64,000 nucleotides of DNA from NCBI GenBank assembly GCA_048013815.1, contig CM106585.1, positions 16,058,001-16,122,000 of the forward strand, read 5' to 3'. Under the pieces are notes generated by a model. The model saw only the letters and a program-made list of their open reading frames with translations, was not told where the DNA came from and made no database searches. This stretch comes from Setoptus koraiensis (lineage: Eukaryota; Animalia; Arthropoda). Shown piece after piece: positions 35,901-47,115 of this stretch. How positions within the stretch are numbered: the first letter of the stretch is position 1; each line of letters opens with the position of its first letter. The translations under genes were made by a program, and so were the position numbers.

Positions 35901-38900
35901 GACGGCGCCCCCAAGGTCAACGAGCCGGCCACTGTCACCGGGCCCAATCAGCTGTTTTGGGAGGCTGCGGTTGCGGCGGCCGCCGCCGCCGACGAGGCCA
36001 ACAACCCAGGTCAGCAAAGCCGCAAAAGCAGGGCACCGCCCTCCAACGGTCACCATCCGCCCCAGCATAGGGTTCCGCCGCCAATACCGAACGGAGAACT
36101 GCCGGACCAGCCGCAGAATAATCCGATGCCTACGAGCAGCGGTACCCGAAGTTCCTATCAGCGCCCGGCCCAGTACAAGCCGCACAACAATAATGCGGTG
36201 ATGCACCAGCGCAGGCCAATGAGTTACCCCTATCAGACTGGCGCCTCGTCTAGCGTTTCGCCCTCGCTGGCCGGCGGCACCGCACACACCAACGGACACG
36301 CCTTTGCCGGCTTGCTGAATATGGCCGCTCTGGAGCGCTCTCTGTTGCCGCATTACCTGGGCTCCGCCAGTGTCATGGCGCCCAGCTTTCTGCCCATGGG
36401 CATGTCCGGCCCGATGGACCCGTTGGATTCGCTCAATCAGCAAGCGTTCAACATGGCCGAAGCCAGCCAATCGCTTCAGGCCGACGGACAGCAGCAGCCC
36501 GTAGTGTTGCCCGGCGCGTCGGGTACGTCGTCCAGCGGCGACGAGCTGCCGCCCCCCGCGTATCAATTGCAACAGGCGGGCCATTTTGCGGGCCATTCTC
36601 CCGCGGAGATGGCCGCCGAGGCGTACCGGCAATTCAATTTGCAACAACAGCAGTCCATTGGTTTGAACGCGGCCAGCATGACCAACGGGCCCGGCCAAGG
36701 CACCGCCAAGCACCCACAGATCGCGTCCGGGTCGCTGAGTGGGGTCGATCTGCCGCTGGCCAACCCGACCCTTGTGAGCGATCCCTTCGGGTGGCCCTTG
36801 GCGTACGGAAGTGACGCCGCCAAGGCGCTGATGAAGATCAATCACGTGGCGCCAGCGCCGAGCTATTTGTTGCCCGCCGGGGCGGGCAAGAACGGAGCGG
36901 GTGCCGTGGGTTCGTTGTCGCTCGAATCGGGCCGCCATCAGACCATGATGTCGGCCGCGGCGGCCGCAACGGCCGCTTTCAGCGCAAACGCACTCGGTCA
37001 GCCGCACGGCAGCTATTTCGATCACCAGATGGACGCGGGTTCGGGCCACTACATGATCTCGCCAGCGCCGCCCATGATTCATCATCACGTGCATCATCCG
37101 CAGCCGGGCGTGTTGCACGTGCCGCTGTCTACCCGACCGCCAACCACCCGACGACCGCTGTTTTGGGGACTTTTCCGGTCGCGACATCGCCAAACGAAGC
37201 GTCGAACCGGCGCCACCAACCAAGCCGACACAGCGTCATCATTGGCCCCTCTGAACAACACAACGGCAATCGGGGGCAACCCATCGGGGGCGACAAAACG
37301 ATCGGCTAGGCGCAAGCGCAACGTGCTGAGCACAATATGGAACAGTTTCAACGGGGCCGCCGGAAGTCGGTCCACGCCCGCCAACGCTAGCCAACTGGCG
37401 AACCATGGCAAGACAATGGTGCAAATGGGCACCAATTTGGGCCAAAATCAAAACATTGTCAACAATCAGCCCATTTTGCATGACTTCGAATCGTTGCTCA
37501 TGTTCGACGACGATCAGCAGCGGCCCGTGCAGCTGAACGGGATGCCGCCAGTGACGGGCACAAACCGGAATGGGCCCTCTACCGGCCCGACGCCGCTCAG
37601 AACCAGCAACGACAACCGGCCGCAGCAGCTGCAATTGTTGCGCGACCAAGACACCCAGATACAGAGCTACACGCGCGACATGATGAGCGATTCGGGTTTC
37701 AACATGAAAGACATCGAGTCGCTAGAGCGGGACATTCTCAGCTCGGCTCTGCAAGTCAACGCGAACGCACACGAAACCGGAAACGGAAACAAGCAAGCGG
37801 CCACGATGATGTCGCCGGCCACGGCCGCCTCCGTTCAGTCGGCGTTCATTCATCACGAGCCCGCTGTCGGCAACATTGAGCCGCCCGTCAATGTTCCGCC
37901 CCAATACAGGCAGCAGCAGCAAACGCTGGCCACGGTGCCCAGTTCGCCCGGCGAGGCACTCAAAAGTTTCTCTCGGGCCATTCTCAGAACGTCGGGCGAG
38001 TCGCTGTTGAATTTGCGCAAGGTCACCAATCAGATATTTGCGCCCAAATTGTCCGCCCAGATTGCAAATCCCAAATCGCCCGTGCCCACAAATCACTCGC
38101 AAATGGGCCCCGAAGAACAACTTCTAGGCACAAATTCTAGGGATTTTTCAGCCAGGCAGCAGCACATGCAATTCAACAACAACACGCCAGCGGCGCCCCA
38201 CTTCAATTTGCCCCTCATCGACATCCACACAATGCCCAACAACAAACCCTTCACTCACTTACAGCAACAGCTGACCGCCTTGCCCGCCGAAAGTCTCATG
38301 TTCAAGGTGGCCACCGGAAACGGCGCCCAGGACAGTCTGTCCGTTTTGCCGCTTCATCTTGATCTCATGACGCCGGCGCCGCCGCGACCCGTAATAGTAA
38401 ATTCCGTCAGCCAGGAGGCGGTCAAATATCAGCCACAACAGGTGTACCCGCGAATGGGGCCCAAGGCCAGCGTCAAAATCAAACAGCTCGACAATATGAC
38501 GCCGCCCGCTGCCGGCACGGGATCGATCGGGCCGGGCACGACGTCGTCCATAATGATGCAGCTGATAAACTCGATGGCGGCAGCGCCGCAGCAAAGCGTT
38601 GCCGCCGCAACCGGCCCGTTGGTGAGCGGCCTGCTGGAAAGAAAAACCAATTATATTCTCAATCCGCACAGGAGCACCGAAATCTATCGGCCCGTGCGCC
38701 TGATTCGACCCGGCCAACGGCGACCTCCAAATCGGCATCGGGTGCCCGCGTTCGGCATGTCGTCGGGACCCGACGACACCGCAGACCTGTTGGGTGTGAC
38801 GAGTCAACAGGTGGACCACGAAATGCCTCTCGTCGCCAGCAACAACATGAGCACAGTGGCGGCAACAAGCAAGTTTGACAACATTGGCGCCTCTAATGCG

Positions 38901-41060
38901 ACCAGCGCAATACCACCGGAAGTGACGCGCGATACCATGCGGGCGGCCGCCAATCAGCGCCACGATCATCTGATTTATCAGACCGACCATCAGGCCATGA
39001 GTGAGCACAACGAGCCGGAATCTACTACGCAAATAAAGCACACGTACCGGCGCAATCGGCACCATTATCATCCGCCCGGGTATGTGCACGGTCGTCACCA
39101 TTTGGCGCCCCATCATCATCATCAGTATCCGCTGATGAGCTCGCCCAGGGGCCAGTACAGTTTGACGGGCCCCAATCAGCGTCAGATCATGGAAAACAAC
39201 GGCAGGCACAATGCTGCAACAGCAGCGGCGGCCCTCATGCTCGCCAGCCAAAAGTCCGGGCCTCACAGGGGCCCGCACAAGGGCTCGCAACCGGCTCAGC
39301 GGCAGCAGCAGCGCGGCGAGACAACGACAATCAGCGACGACATGGATAATCTTCATTCGGCGCAATCGTCAGCCCACGATCACATAACCTCGTTGGACAA
39401 CAACAACAACGCCAACAACAACAACCTGTTCAACAACAAACTCACCAGTGACCCGAGCACGGGCGACTTTTTGCCCTCGGGGCACCACATAAGCTCGCAT
39501 TCAATGTTGCCCTCGCATCACCAGCAGGACCACACCTACACCATTGTGCCGACGGGCGCCACGGGTAGCGGCGGTGCGCCGGGCGGTAACGGCGGCGCCG
39601 GCAATGGTCAGTATCGGGCCATCACTCGGGACACGTTCACCACAATAAACGACGTGCCCGTGCCCCACACAGAATCCGCCGTGTCGGACCTGATGCTGGC
39701 CGATCAGCTGGGCTCGGCCTCGTCTCTGAGCGAGCCCACTTCGCCCACCAGCCAAGTGGGCGCCCCTGGCGACCAGGTAACGAAAAACTTTCCAACAAAC
39801 TACAACTATGACAATCATCATCATCACTACATGCCAGCGCAGGCCACCAATCAACCTGCCGGCTTTGCGTCGGCGGGTCACTATCACCATTCGCCGCTCA
39901 TACCCAGATATTTGACCATGGCCAACAGGTTTCGTCAGTCGTTGTATCAAAAACTGAAACACAGCAACCTGTTGCCGCGCCCCTTCGTTCAGCTGGCCCT
40001 CAAGCCGGCACTCATGTCCGCGTCGCCCAGTTTGCGTTACCCGAAATTTTTGCCCGGTCAGGGTATAATAAACGCCAACGGTCAGTTGCAGCACCCGAGC
40101 TTGCACCATTATCCGTCGTACCTGTTGCCCGCGATGCAAGCCTCCGCGCAGCAGCTAGAGGCGCACAACGACCCGACCGCCGCCGGCCAGTCGGGTTCGT
40201 TCTTTGTGGACAACATGGGCCAGTTGCAAGGCTCGGGCCCGAGTGGGGCCAACGGGGGCGCCGGCGACAACAGCGCCAGCTTTCATTACCAGTCTGCCGA
40301 TGGCGACCCGTCGCTGTTGAATCAGCACGAGGCAGCGCAATTGTTGCAGCATCATCATTCGCTTCAAGTTGCCACTTCTAGCCAGCAGGAGCCCACTATG
40401 AGCATAAGCCAGCAACAGTATCAGCAGCAGCAACAGCACATGTCGGGCCAGGCCGGATCCGCGGTGCTGATGGGCGGCGGCGGCGGTAGCCCGCAATCCG
40501 CAGTTGATGCAGCCGACAGTGGCGAACTGATGGAACTGGACCCGTTGACGGGCCAATTGCGCCCGCAAAGCCACTCACTGGCGGACGGATCGTCGGTCAT
40601 GCTCAACGACACAATGCCGTCGCAACCGCATCAGGTACCCATAATGCACCAGTCGTCCCAGAGTGAACAAATAGAGACACTGGAGCCGTATTCAGAGCAA
40701 ACCGGAAGTCAGAGCAACGACTACAACGGCAACAACAACAACATTCAGCATATCAAGCAGCAGCAGCATCATATCAACGGCGACGACCGGTACAACCAGG
40801 CCTTTCAGCAGCACCACGCCTTGCTGAAGAGTGACCATCATCATCACCATCATCCGCATCAGCAGCAGCATCAACAGTTGGACGATGGCCAGCCGACGGA
40901 CGAGCATCACAGCGAGCACGCTTGGACGACAAGCTCGCAAATGTTTGCCGACATGATGTCCGCCGATCACCATCCGAGCCACTACAATCACAGCAGCAAC
41001 AACAGCAGCGCTGCTGACCATTTGAACAATCGCAACATTGACAACTATCGCACCACCACC

Positions 41061-41092
<32 letters not shown>

Positions 41093-44000
41093 CAACAGCG
41101 TGATTCAAGACAGCCAAAGCGACAACTACGACAACAACACTCTGCACTACCATCACAACAACAACAACAACAACAACAACAACAGTTTGACAAACGTGGG
41201 CAGCGCAAACGCGCAACGCCAGCGTCACATGATGCTGATAAGGCCAAATCACACGAGACTCGACATTGTCGAGATGATGCCCATTGTCGACAACGGTCAA
41301 CAAATGAACAACAATGTCAACCTGTCCGACGATTCCGGCCCGACGGATGCATCGCGCGACAACGACGCGCCCGACCAAGCGAGCGAGCAGCAGCAATCGT
41401 CCAACTACCAGAATCACCAGAACCACCAGAGCCGCCACAAGAACCAAGATTACCACATGGTTCAGGCTGCGTCGGCCAGCGCCGAAACGGGCGCCACTCC
41501 GGACGGCCAACCGGACTCTAGCGGCGCTCAAACAGATCAATCGGCCAAAAACACACCAAACGACAGCTCAGAGGCGGACCCGGAACCGGAAGCAGAGTCA
41601 GCGGCCGATCAGCAGCAGCAGCAGGAACAGCAACACGATTCTCAGTCGGGTCAACAGCAGCAAGTGTATGAGGTGAGCCAGGCACCCGCTTCGCAACAGC
41701 ACCAGCACCAGCATCAGTCCCAAGGCGGGTACGCTCAGAATGGCGCCCAGGAGGACCCAAACATCGTGTACGGACGACAGCCGGGCATGTTGCTTGTGAT
41801 GAAGCAAAATGGAGACCAAACGAGCGAGCCCTTGCAGCGGCAACCCGCGGCCGGCATAGAGTACGATTTCAGACCCGTGTCGCCAGTCGTACAGCCGGCC
41901 CGCAACAGACCGCCCGCCAACGCGCCAATGTATCAATCGACAAAGCTCAGCAAACAACATTCAACAGACAGTGGCTTCGCTGGCGACAGTGGCGACACAA
42001 ACGAGCCCAACAGGCCTGTCGCCACTGACACTCACGAGGCCTCTTTTCGGCCGCTCGTTCCCCTGGTGACGAACCCCTTGAGTTACTTGCGATCCAATCA
42101 AATGCACGGCAACTCGAAGCAGCACCGCAACAACGCAATCAATTTCAAACTGGCCAACTACAATCACAACAACAACAGTAGATCTTCCACTAGTGGCATC
42201 AACGAGGAAACAACAACAATTCAGCAGCCAGATACAGATGCCGGCACACAAAACCAGATACCTAGCTACACACTGATTGACCAACCTGTCGTAATAAGAG
42301 GCTCCAATGATGCCGAGTCGGGCGTCATGATGCCCGCTTCCGTTACTAGTAGCACGGACGATCAATACTCTGTGTTGGCCACCCCAACAAATGTCAACAA
42401 CATTACATCGGCGACACCCACGGCAACTCCTAGTGCCATTACAACAGTGACAACATCACCGGATTCATCATTAATTAACGCAAAAAGATTATACAACAAT
42501 CAGCAGGCAGCAACGGTATACGATGCTGCAACAACTGCAAGCAAACCAAAGCTGTTTGTAATTAATAACGCCAGACCAATAGTTAATATCATCACGGCCA
42601 GTGGTCAGTCGTCTAGCAACAAGACCAGTATCGGTGTTGATGGCGACGACAGCGTGAGCGGCACGGATCACAATCAAACAGTGATACACATCAAGCAAAC
42701 CAAGAAGCGCCCAATTAAGTACAAACTCATCAGTAACAACAACAACAACAACGTCAGACAGCAGCAGCACAATAACGCGAAGCATCTGGTTTCAACTAAA
42801 ACCAACGATCTAGTGACCACTACTGACCAAAATACACCAAAACAAAGCTCGCTGGACAGCAGCTCTCATACGGTCGGCAAATCTAATGCGCCAACGAAAC
42901 AATCGCCACCCAAATACGCACAACATACCTACAGCAATCACAATACTCAGGTGAGGGGTCATCATGATCCCGACAATATAAAGAATCACAATTTGAAGAG
43001 CACCAATACGGGCTCGATGGGATCTCAATCGCAACGCCACGCGACAACTGCCGCCCATTTGAATCAGCGAAACGGGCACAATGCAACCACCAACCAATCG
43101 GCCTCAATGCAACAACAACAACAAATTAGCAAACAATTGGCCAAATCTAAAATCAGATGGCAAGGCATGATTGCGGGCGAGCACGGCGGCGCCAATAACA
43201 ACAATAAGCAAAACACTAGCAGCAGTAGTGGCAGCAACAGCAATTTCACAACAATTGGCGCAACAACACCTCAGACAACCACCACAATTGTGTTGGACAG
43301 TCACGAGGTTGCCGCCTCGAGTCACCAACACAAATTGAATGGCGCCAATACCCCAACAACAGTGTCGGTTTTGAGCAACAGGAAGGCAGAGCTGATGCAA
43401 CAACAACAGCAGCAACAGCAACATGATCAGGCGGCCGGATCAAATCCTTGGACAACCATAAGCAACAACATACCTGCAATAGTGAGAATGACCAAAACAA
43501 ACACAAACGTGCCACTTCAGTCTAATCAACAGGAAGTGGTTGTGACCAATTCAACATCGCCTATGACAATGATGATGATGATGATGGCCACTACATCGGC
43601 ACAAACGCCACAGCAGAATCAGCAGCAGCAGCAGTCAACAGTTAGCCATGTCGATCAAATGAACAATGTCGATCATGTGGACGGCAACCCAATGAGCCAA
43701 GACAACGACAGCCAATTGAATCAATTGGCACTTATCGAGCAACAGAGATTGCTGTATCAGACAAACAACGACACAACATCGTTGAAATCAGCCGATAATC
43801 AGCTCAGACAAAACAGTCAGTCATCATATCAGGAGCCAATGATGACCACCATGTCTAACAATATGGAAGAGGTCACTCAATTGCATAGACCGTATGCTGC
43901 CGCTGCTGACCACTCATTCATATCACCTGTGCCAACCACTACTACTACTAGCACCACTACTACTACTAGCACTACTACACCGCCACCAACTACAACCAGC

Positions 44001-44666
44001 ACTTCTACTACTACTACCAGTACAACTACTAGTCCGGCCAATAAAGAAATGAGAGTGTTCTCCAGTTACAGTGGAGGTCTGAGGCACCTTCAACACCAGC
44101 CGGTCACCTTGAGAAGCCAACAATTGATGCAGGCGGCCTCGGCTGCTCTGAAAGCCAGAACTCGTTCATCTAGAACGGCAACTACATCATTTAGGTTATC
44201 AAATTCAAGTGCCCTCACTAGCTTGATAGCCAGCAAGGCCAATGGCGCCGCAAGCATCAGCGCCAGCCTAGATAAACAGCCAAACAAGCCGACCAACTTC
44301 CATCATCACAGCTCTATAATCAAACGCATAGACGACGGAAGTCACATTGGAGAGGCCATCACGACAGAGGAATCTCCTACATTGCCACTAACATCGCCAC
44401 TGTCCAGTGCCGATGCCGCACCCACAAACAATGAGCCAGATACTAGGTGGTCACCCAAGGATTTTCAGCACTATCTCCTAGATAAAAAACAAGATAATGA
44501 ACAACAATCCATGATATCTGGCTTCACTCCATCTATTGTATCATTCATAATACGCCCGGTCATAACAACAACCACAACTACCACGACAACACATAAACCA
44601 GACAATAGGATGAGACTCGAGGTTTCCATGGGCACCGATCAACAACAATTGATCTTAAAAGAATAG
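29943..44666 (+). CDS. Exon 3 (14.7 kb, 4,907 aa) of a giant secreted, intrinsically disordered Q/S/N/H/P/T-rich protein (~5,141 aa total); no recognisable domain
   Basis: A 14.7 kb stop-free frame, with a TGTAG acceptor at 29942 opening it in phase 0 (EQYTTRKKRLSKLDLNHP...), matching the exon 2 donor. Stop TAG at 44664-44666. Confidence 0.9.
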
Positions 44667-44772
44667 TTGTATTTATTATTTTTCTCTTTTTAAGCTATAA
44701 CATATAACATTATTGATTTATATACATCTAAATGCCCATTTACTTAGATGTCTAACATCTAGACTGTGTCAT

Positions 44773-47115
44773 CTATTTCTTCGTTCTGGATATACTTGAC
44801 TGTTGTAATACTTTTCTAGATAGACGCATCTGGCCATTGGCAGCATCGCGTCCATAATATTTGACTTGAATTTGTTGGCCTACCTCTAGTCCCAGCGCGC
44901 TAGGGTGCTTAACTGGTCTAATGTCTAATTGTCTTAGAGGTAAAAGGGTTGGGGTCATCTTTGGATACATGGTGACCATCACGCCATGATCTTTGATTTC
45001 CGTTATAGTGGCCGAGTATATAGCATTAAACTCTAGCTCAGTCTCAACGGGATCATTCTCAATGAGACTCTTGATGTATTCCTCAGCTTCATCCATGGCA
45101 GCTTGATTTGGAGCGAACACAGTAAAGATATTATCATTGTTTATATTTTCAGAATCATCATTGTCAGTATAAGCGCTGCCAGTCACTCTTACACCAATTT
45201 CATGCATTAACTTCTTTATATTGCAACCACCAAATCCTAGGAACTTGGATCTCTTGTGTGGTGGTATGAGGATTGACTTAATAACAGGATGATTTTCTTT
45301 CCTTTCTTCTCTCGGTGTTTTTATCACATCCTCCATAATGTTGAGCACTTCAATCTTAGCAATGTGTCCCCTCCGGATGGCTTCGCTTAAAATATTCAGA
45401 GGCAGACCATCGCTCAGTTTGACATCCAGCTGAAAGGCAGTAATTCCATGTCGAGTTCCGGCCAACTTAAAATCTATATCTCCAACAAAATCTTCCAAAC
45501 CTAATATATCAGTGAGAAGATAATATTCTAAATCAGGCACTTCGTCATCTTTTTTCTCAAAGTAAGGCCAATCTGTCTGATTTCGTTGCTTGTTTGAGTT
45601 TTCAATATCATAAATCTGGTCTAAGTTACTTAATAAACCGATAGCTACACCCGCAGCTGGCTCTGATATTTTCACTCCAGCGTCCATCAGAGCCAAACTA
45701 CCAGCACAAACACTGGCCATAGAGGAGGATCCGTTCGATTCTAAAACTTCACAATTTAACCTGATAGTCATTCCAACATCGGATGGCACTATGGGTCTCA
45801 GCGCTCGTTCAGCCAAGTTACCATGACCTATCTCTCTACGGCCTATTTGAGTCTTTCCGGTTTCGTTAGTAGCGTAAGGTGGGAATTCGTAGTGCAACAT
45901 GAAGTTTTTATCTTTCACACCACCAGTCATAATTGTCATAGCGTCGTTCCTGAATGCGGCATCTAATGAATCATATGTACAAGAACAAAATACTTGTGTT
46001 TGACCTCTCTGAAAAATTCCTGACCCGTGTAGTGGTTGAAATAGATCCACGGCACATGATATCTTTCTTAGTTGGTTCAATTTCCTACCATCACATCTAA
46101 TTTCTTCGCTTTTTAATTGTTCTAGGTAAATTTTACGGAATAACTTCAGAAATGCAAAATTAAGCACGTTGGGATCAATAAGTGGATCCTGTTCTTTCAT
46201 CATTTCGAGAGCATCTCGTCTGATTGCTTGCATCTCTTTGTCCCGAGATACCTTATCGTGGTTGACGTTCCGAAGCGTATCGGTCAATCTAATCTTACAC
46301 AAGTTTTCATAGGTTTCTAATTGTTCTGGACTGAGACTATATTGCTGAGTGATGGGTTTTTTGGTTCGACCGTGTGACTCTTGTAGATTTCTTATATCTT
46401 TTATGATTTTTTGGCACTCTTTCACGCCTAGCTTGAGGGCTCTGAATAGATCAGGTTGCATAATAGGCTCATTACAGCAACCATCGAGCATCATGATATT
46501 ACCGCTTTCGGTGGCTGTAAGTATTAAATTCAATTTGCTCCGAGACATTTCTTTCCTCGATGGGTTAACAATGAGATCACCTTCTATCATGCCCATTCTA
46601 ACAGCACCAACAGGTCCATTCCAGGGTATATCGGACAGAGCCAGGCTAGCTGATGCGCCGTTTATGGCTAGAACATCTGGATCGTTTTGGCCATCCACGG
46701 CCAGTAAGTTACATATAACTTGGGTTTCATTTGAGTAGCCTTTGTAGAATAGAGGACGAATAGAACGATCAATCATGCGGCTAACGAGTGTTTCTTTTTC
46801 TGTGAAACCGAGCTCTCTACGTAAATGTGTCGTGGGGATCCTTCCAGCGGCAGCCGATTTCTGTCTGTATTCCACTGTGAGTGGAACAAATCCAGGACTT
46901 GATCGAGAAGACTTGTCACTAACAGCGGTGACTAGGACAGTCGTCCCTTCTCGTCGGACGGTGCAGGAGCCATCAGCAAATTTGGCAAGTTTTCCTGTCT
47001 CTATACAAATGCTACTATTGTTGGACTGAGAGGTCGTCGTGAACGATCTGTGAAGCCAGATTCTCTTGAGCCATGAGGTCGCGATACGCGATCTTTGAGG
47101 TGCCCTGGTCGCCAT
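44773..47115 (-). CDS. PNPT1: Polyribonucleotide nucleotidyltransferase 1, mitochondrial PNPase, intronless, 780 aa
   Basis: IETGKLAKFADGS, FVPLTVEYRQK, LVSRMIDRSIRPLF, RCDGR, HGSGIFQRGQTQV, RREIGHGNLAERAL, LESNGSSSMASVCAGSLALMDAGV, DFKLAGTRHGITAFQLD, plus KH and S1 domains. Confidence 0.97.
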   Translation of the reverse strand: MATRAPQRSRIATSWLKRIWLHRSFTTTSQSNNSSICIETGKLAKFADGSCTVRREGTTVLVTAVSDKSSRSSPGFVPLTVEYRQKSAAAGRIPTTHLRRELGFTEKETLVSRMIDRSIRPLFYKGYSNETQVICNLLAVDGQNDPDVLAINGASASLALSDIPWNGPVGAVRMGMIEGDLIVNPSRKEMSRSKLNLILTATESGNIMMLDGCCNEPIMQPDLFRALKLGVKECQKIIKDIRNLQESHGRTKKPITQQYSLSPEQLETYENLCKIRLTDTLRNVNHDKVSRDKEMQAIRRDALEMMKEQDPLIDPNVLNFAFLKLFRKIYLEQLKSEEIRCDGRKLNQLRKISCAVDLFQPLHGSGIFQRGQTQVFCSCTYDSLDAAFRNDAMTIMTGGVKDKNFMLHYEFPPYATNETGKTQIGRREIGHGNLAERALRPIVPSDVGMTIRLNCEVLESNGSSSMASVCAGSLALMDAGVKISEPAAGVAIGLLSNLDQIYDIENSNKQRNQTDWPYFEKKDDEVPDLEYYLLTDILGLEDFVGDIDFKLAGTRHGITAFQLDVKLSDGLPLNILSEAIRRGHIAKIEVLNIMEDVIKTPREERKENHPVIKSILIPPHKRSKFLGFGGCNIKKLMHEIGVRVTGSAYTDNDDSENINNDNIFTVFAPNQAAMDEAEEYIKSLIENDPVETELEFNAIYSATITEIKDHGVMVTMYPKMTPTLLPLRQLDIRPVKHPSALGLEVGQQIQVKYYGRDAANGQMRLSRKVLQQSSISRTKK

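Noticed and set aside
29998-44296. Dozens of overlapping and antisense ORFs up to 586 aa within the giant exon
   Set aside because: These are shadow frames expected from GC-rich, codon-biased low-complexity coding DNA; none has a recognisable domain.
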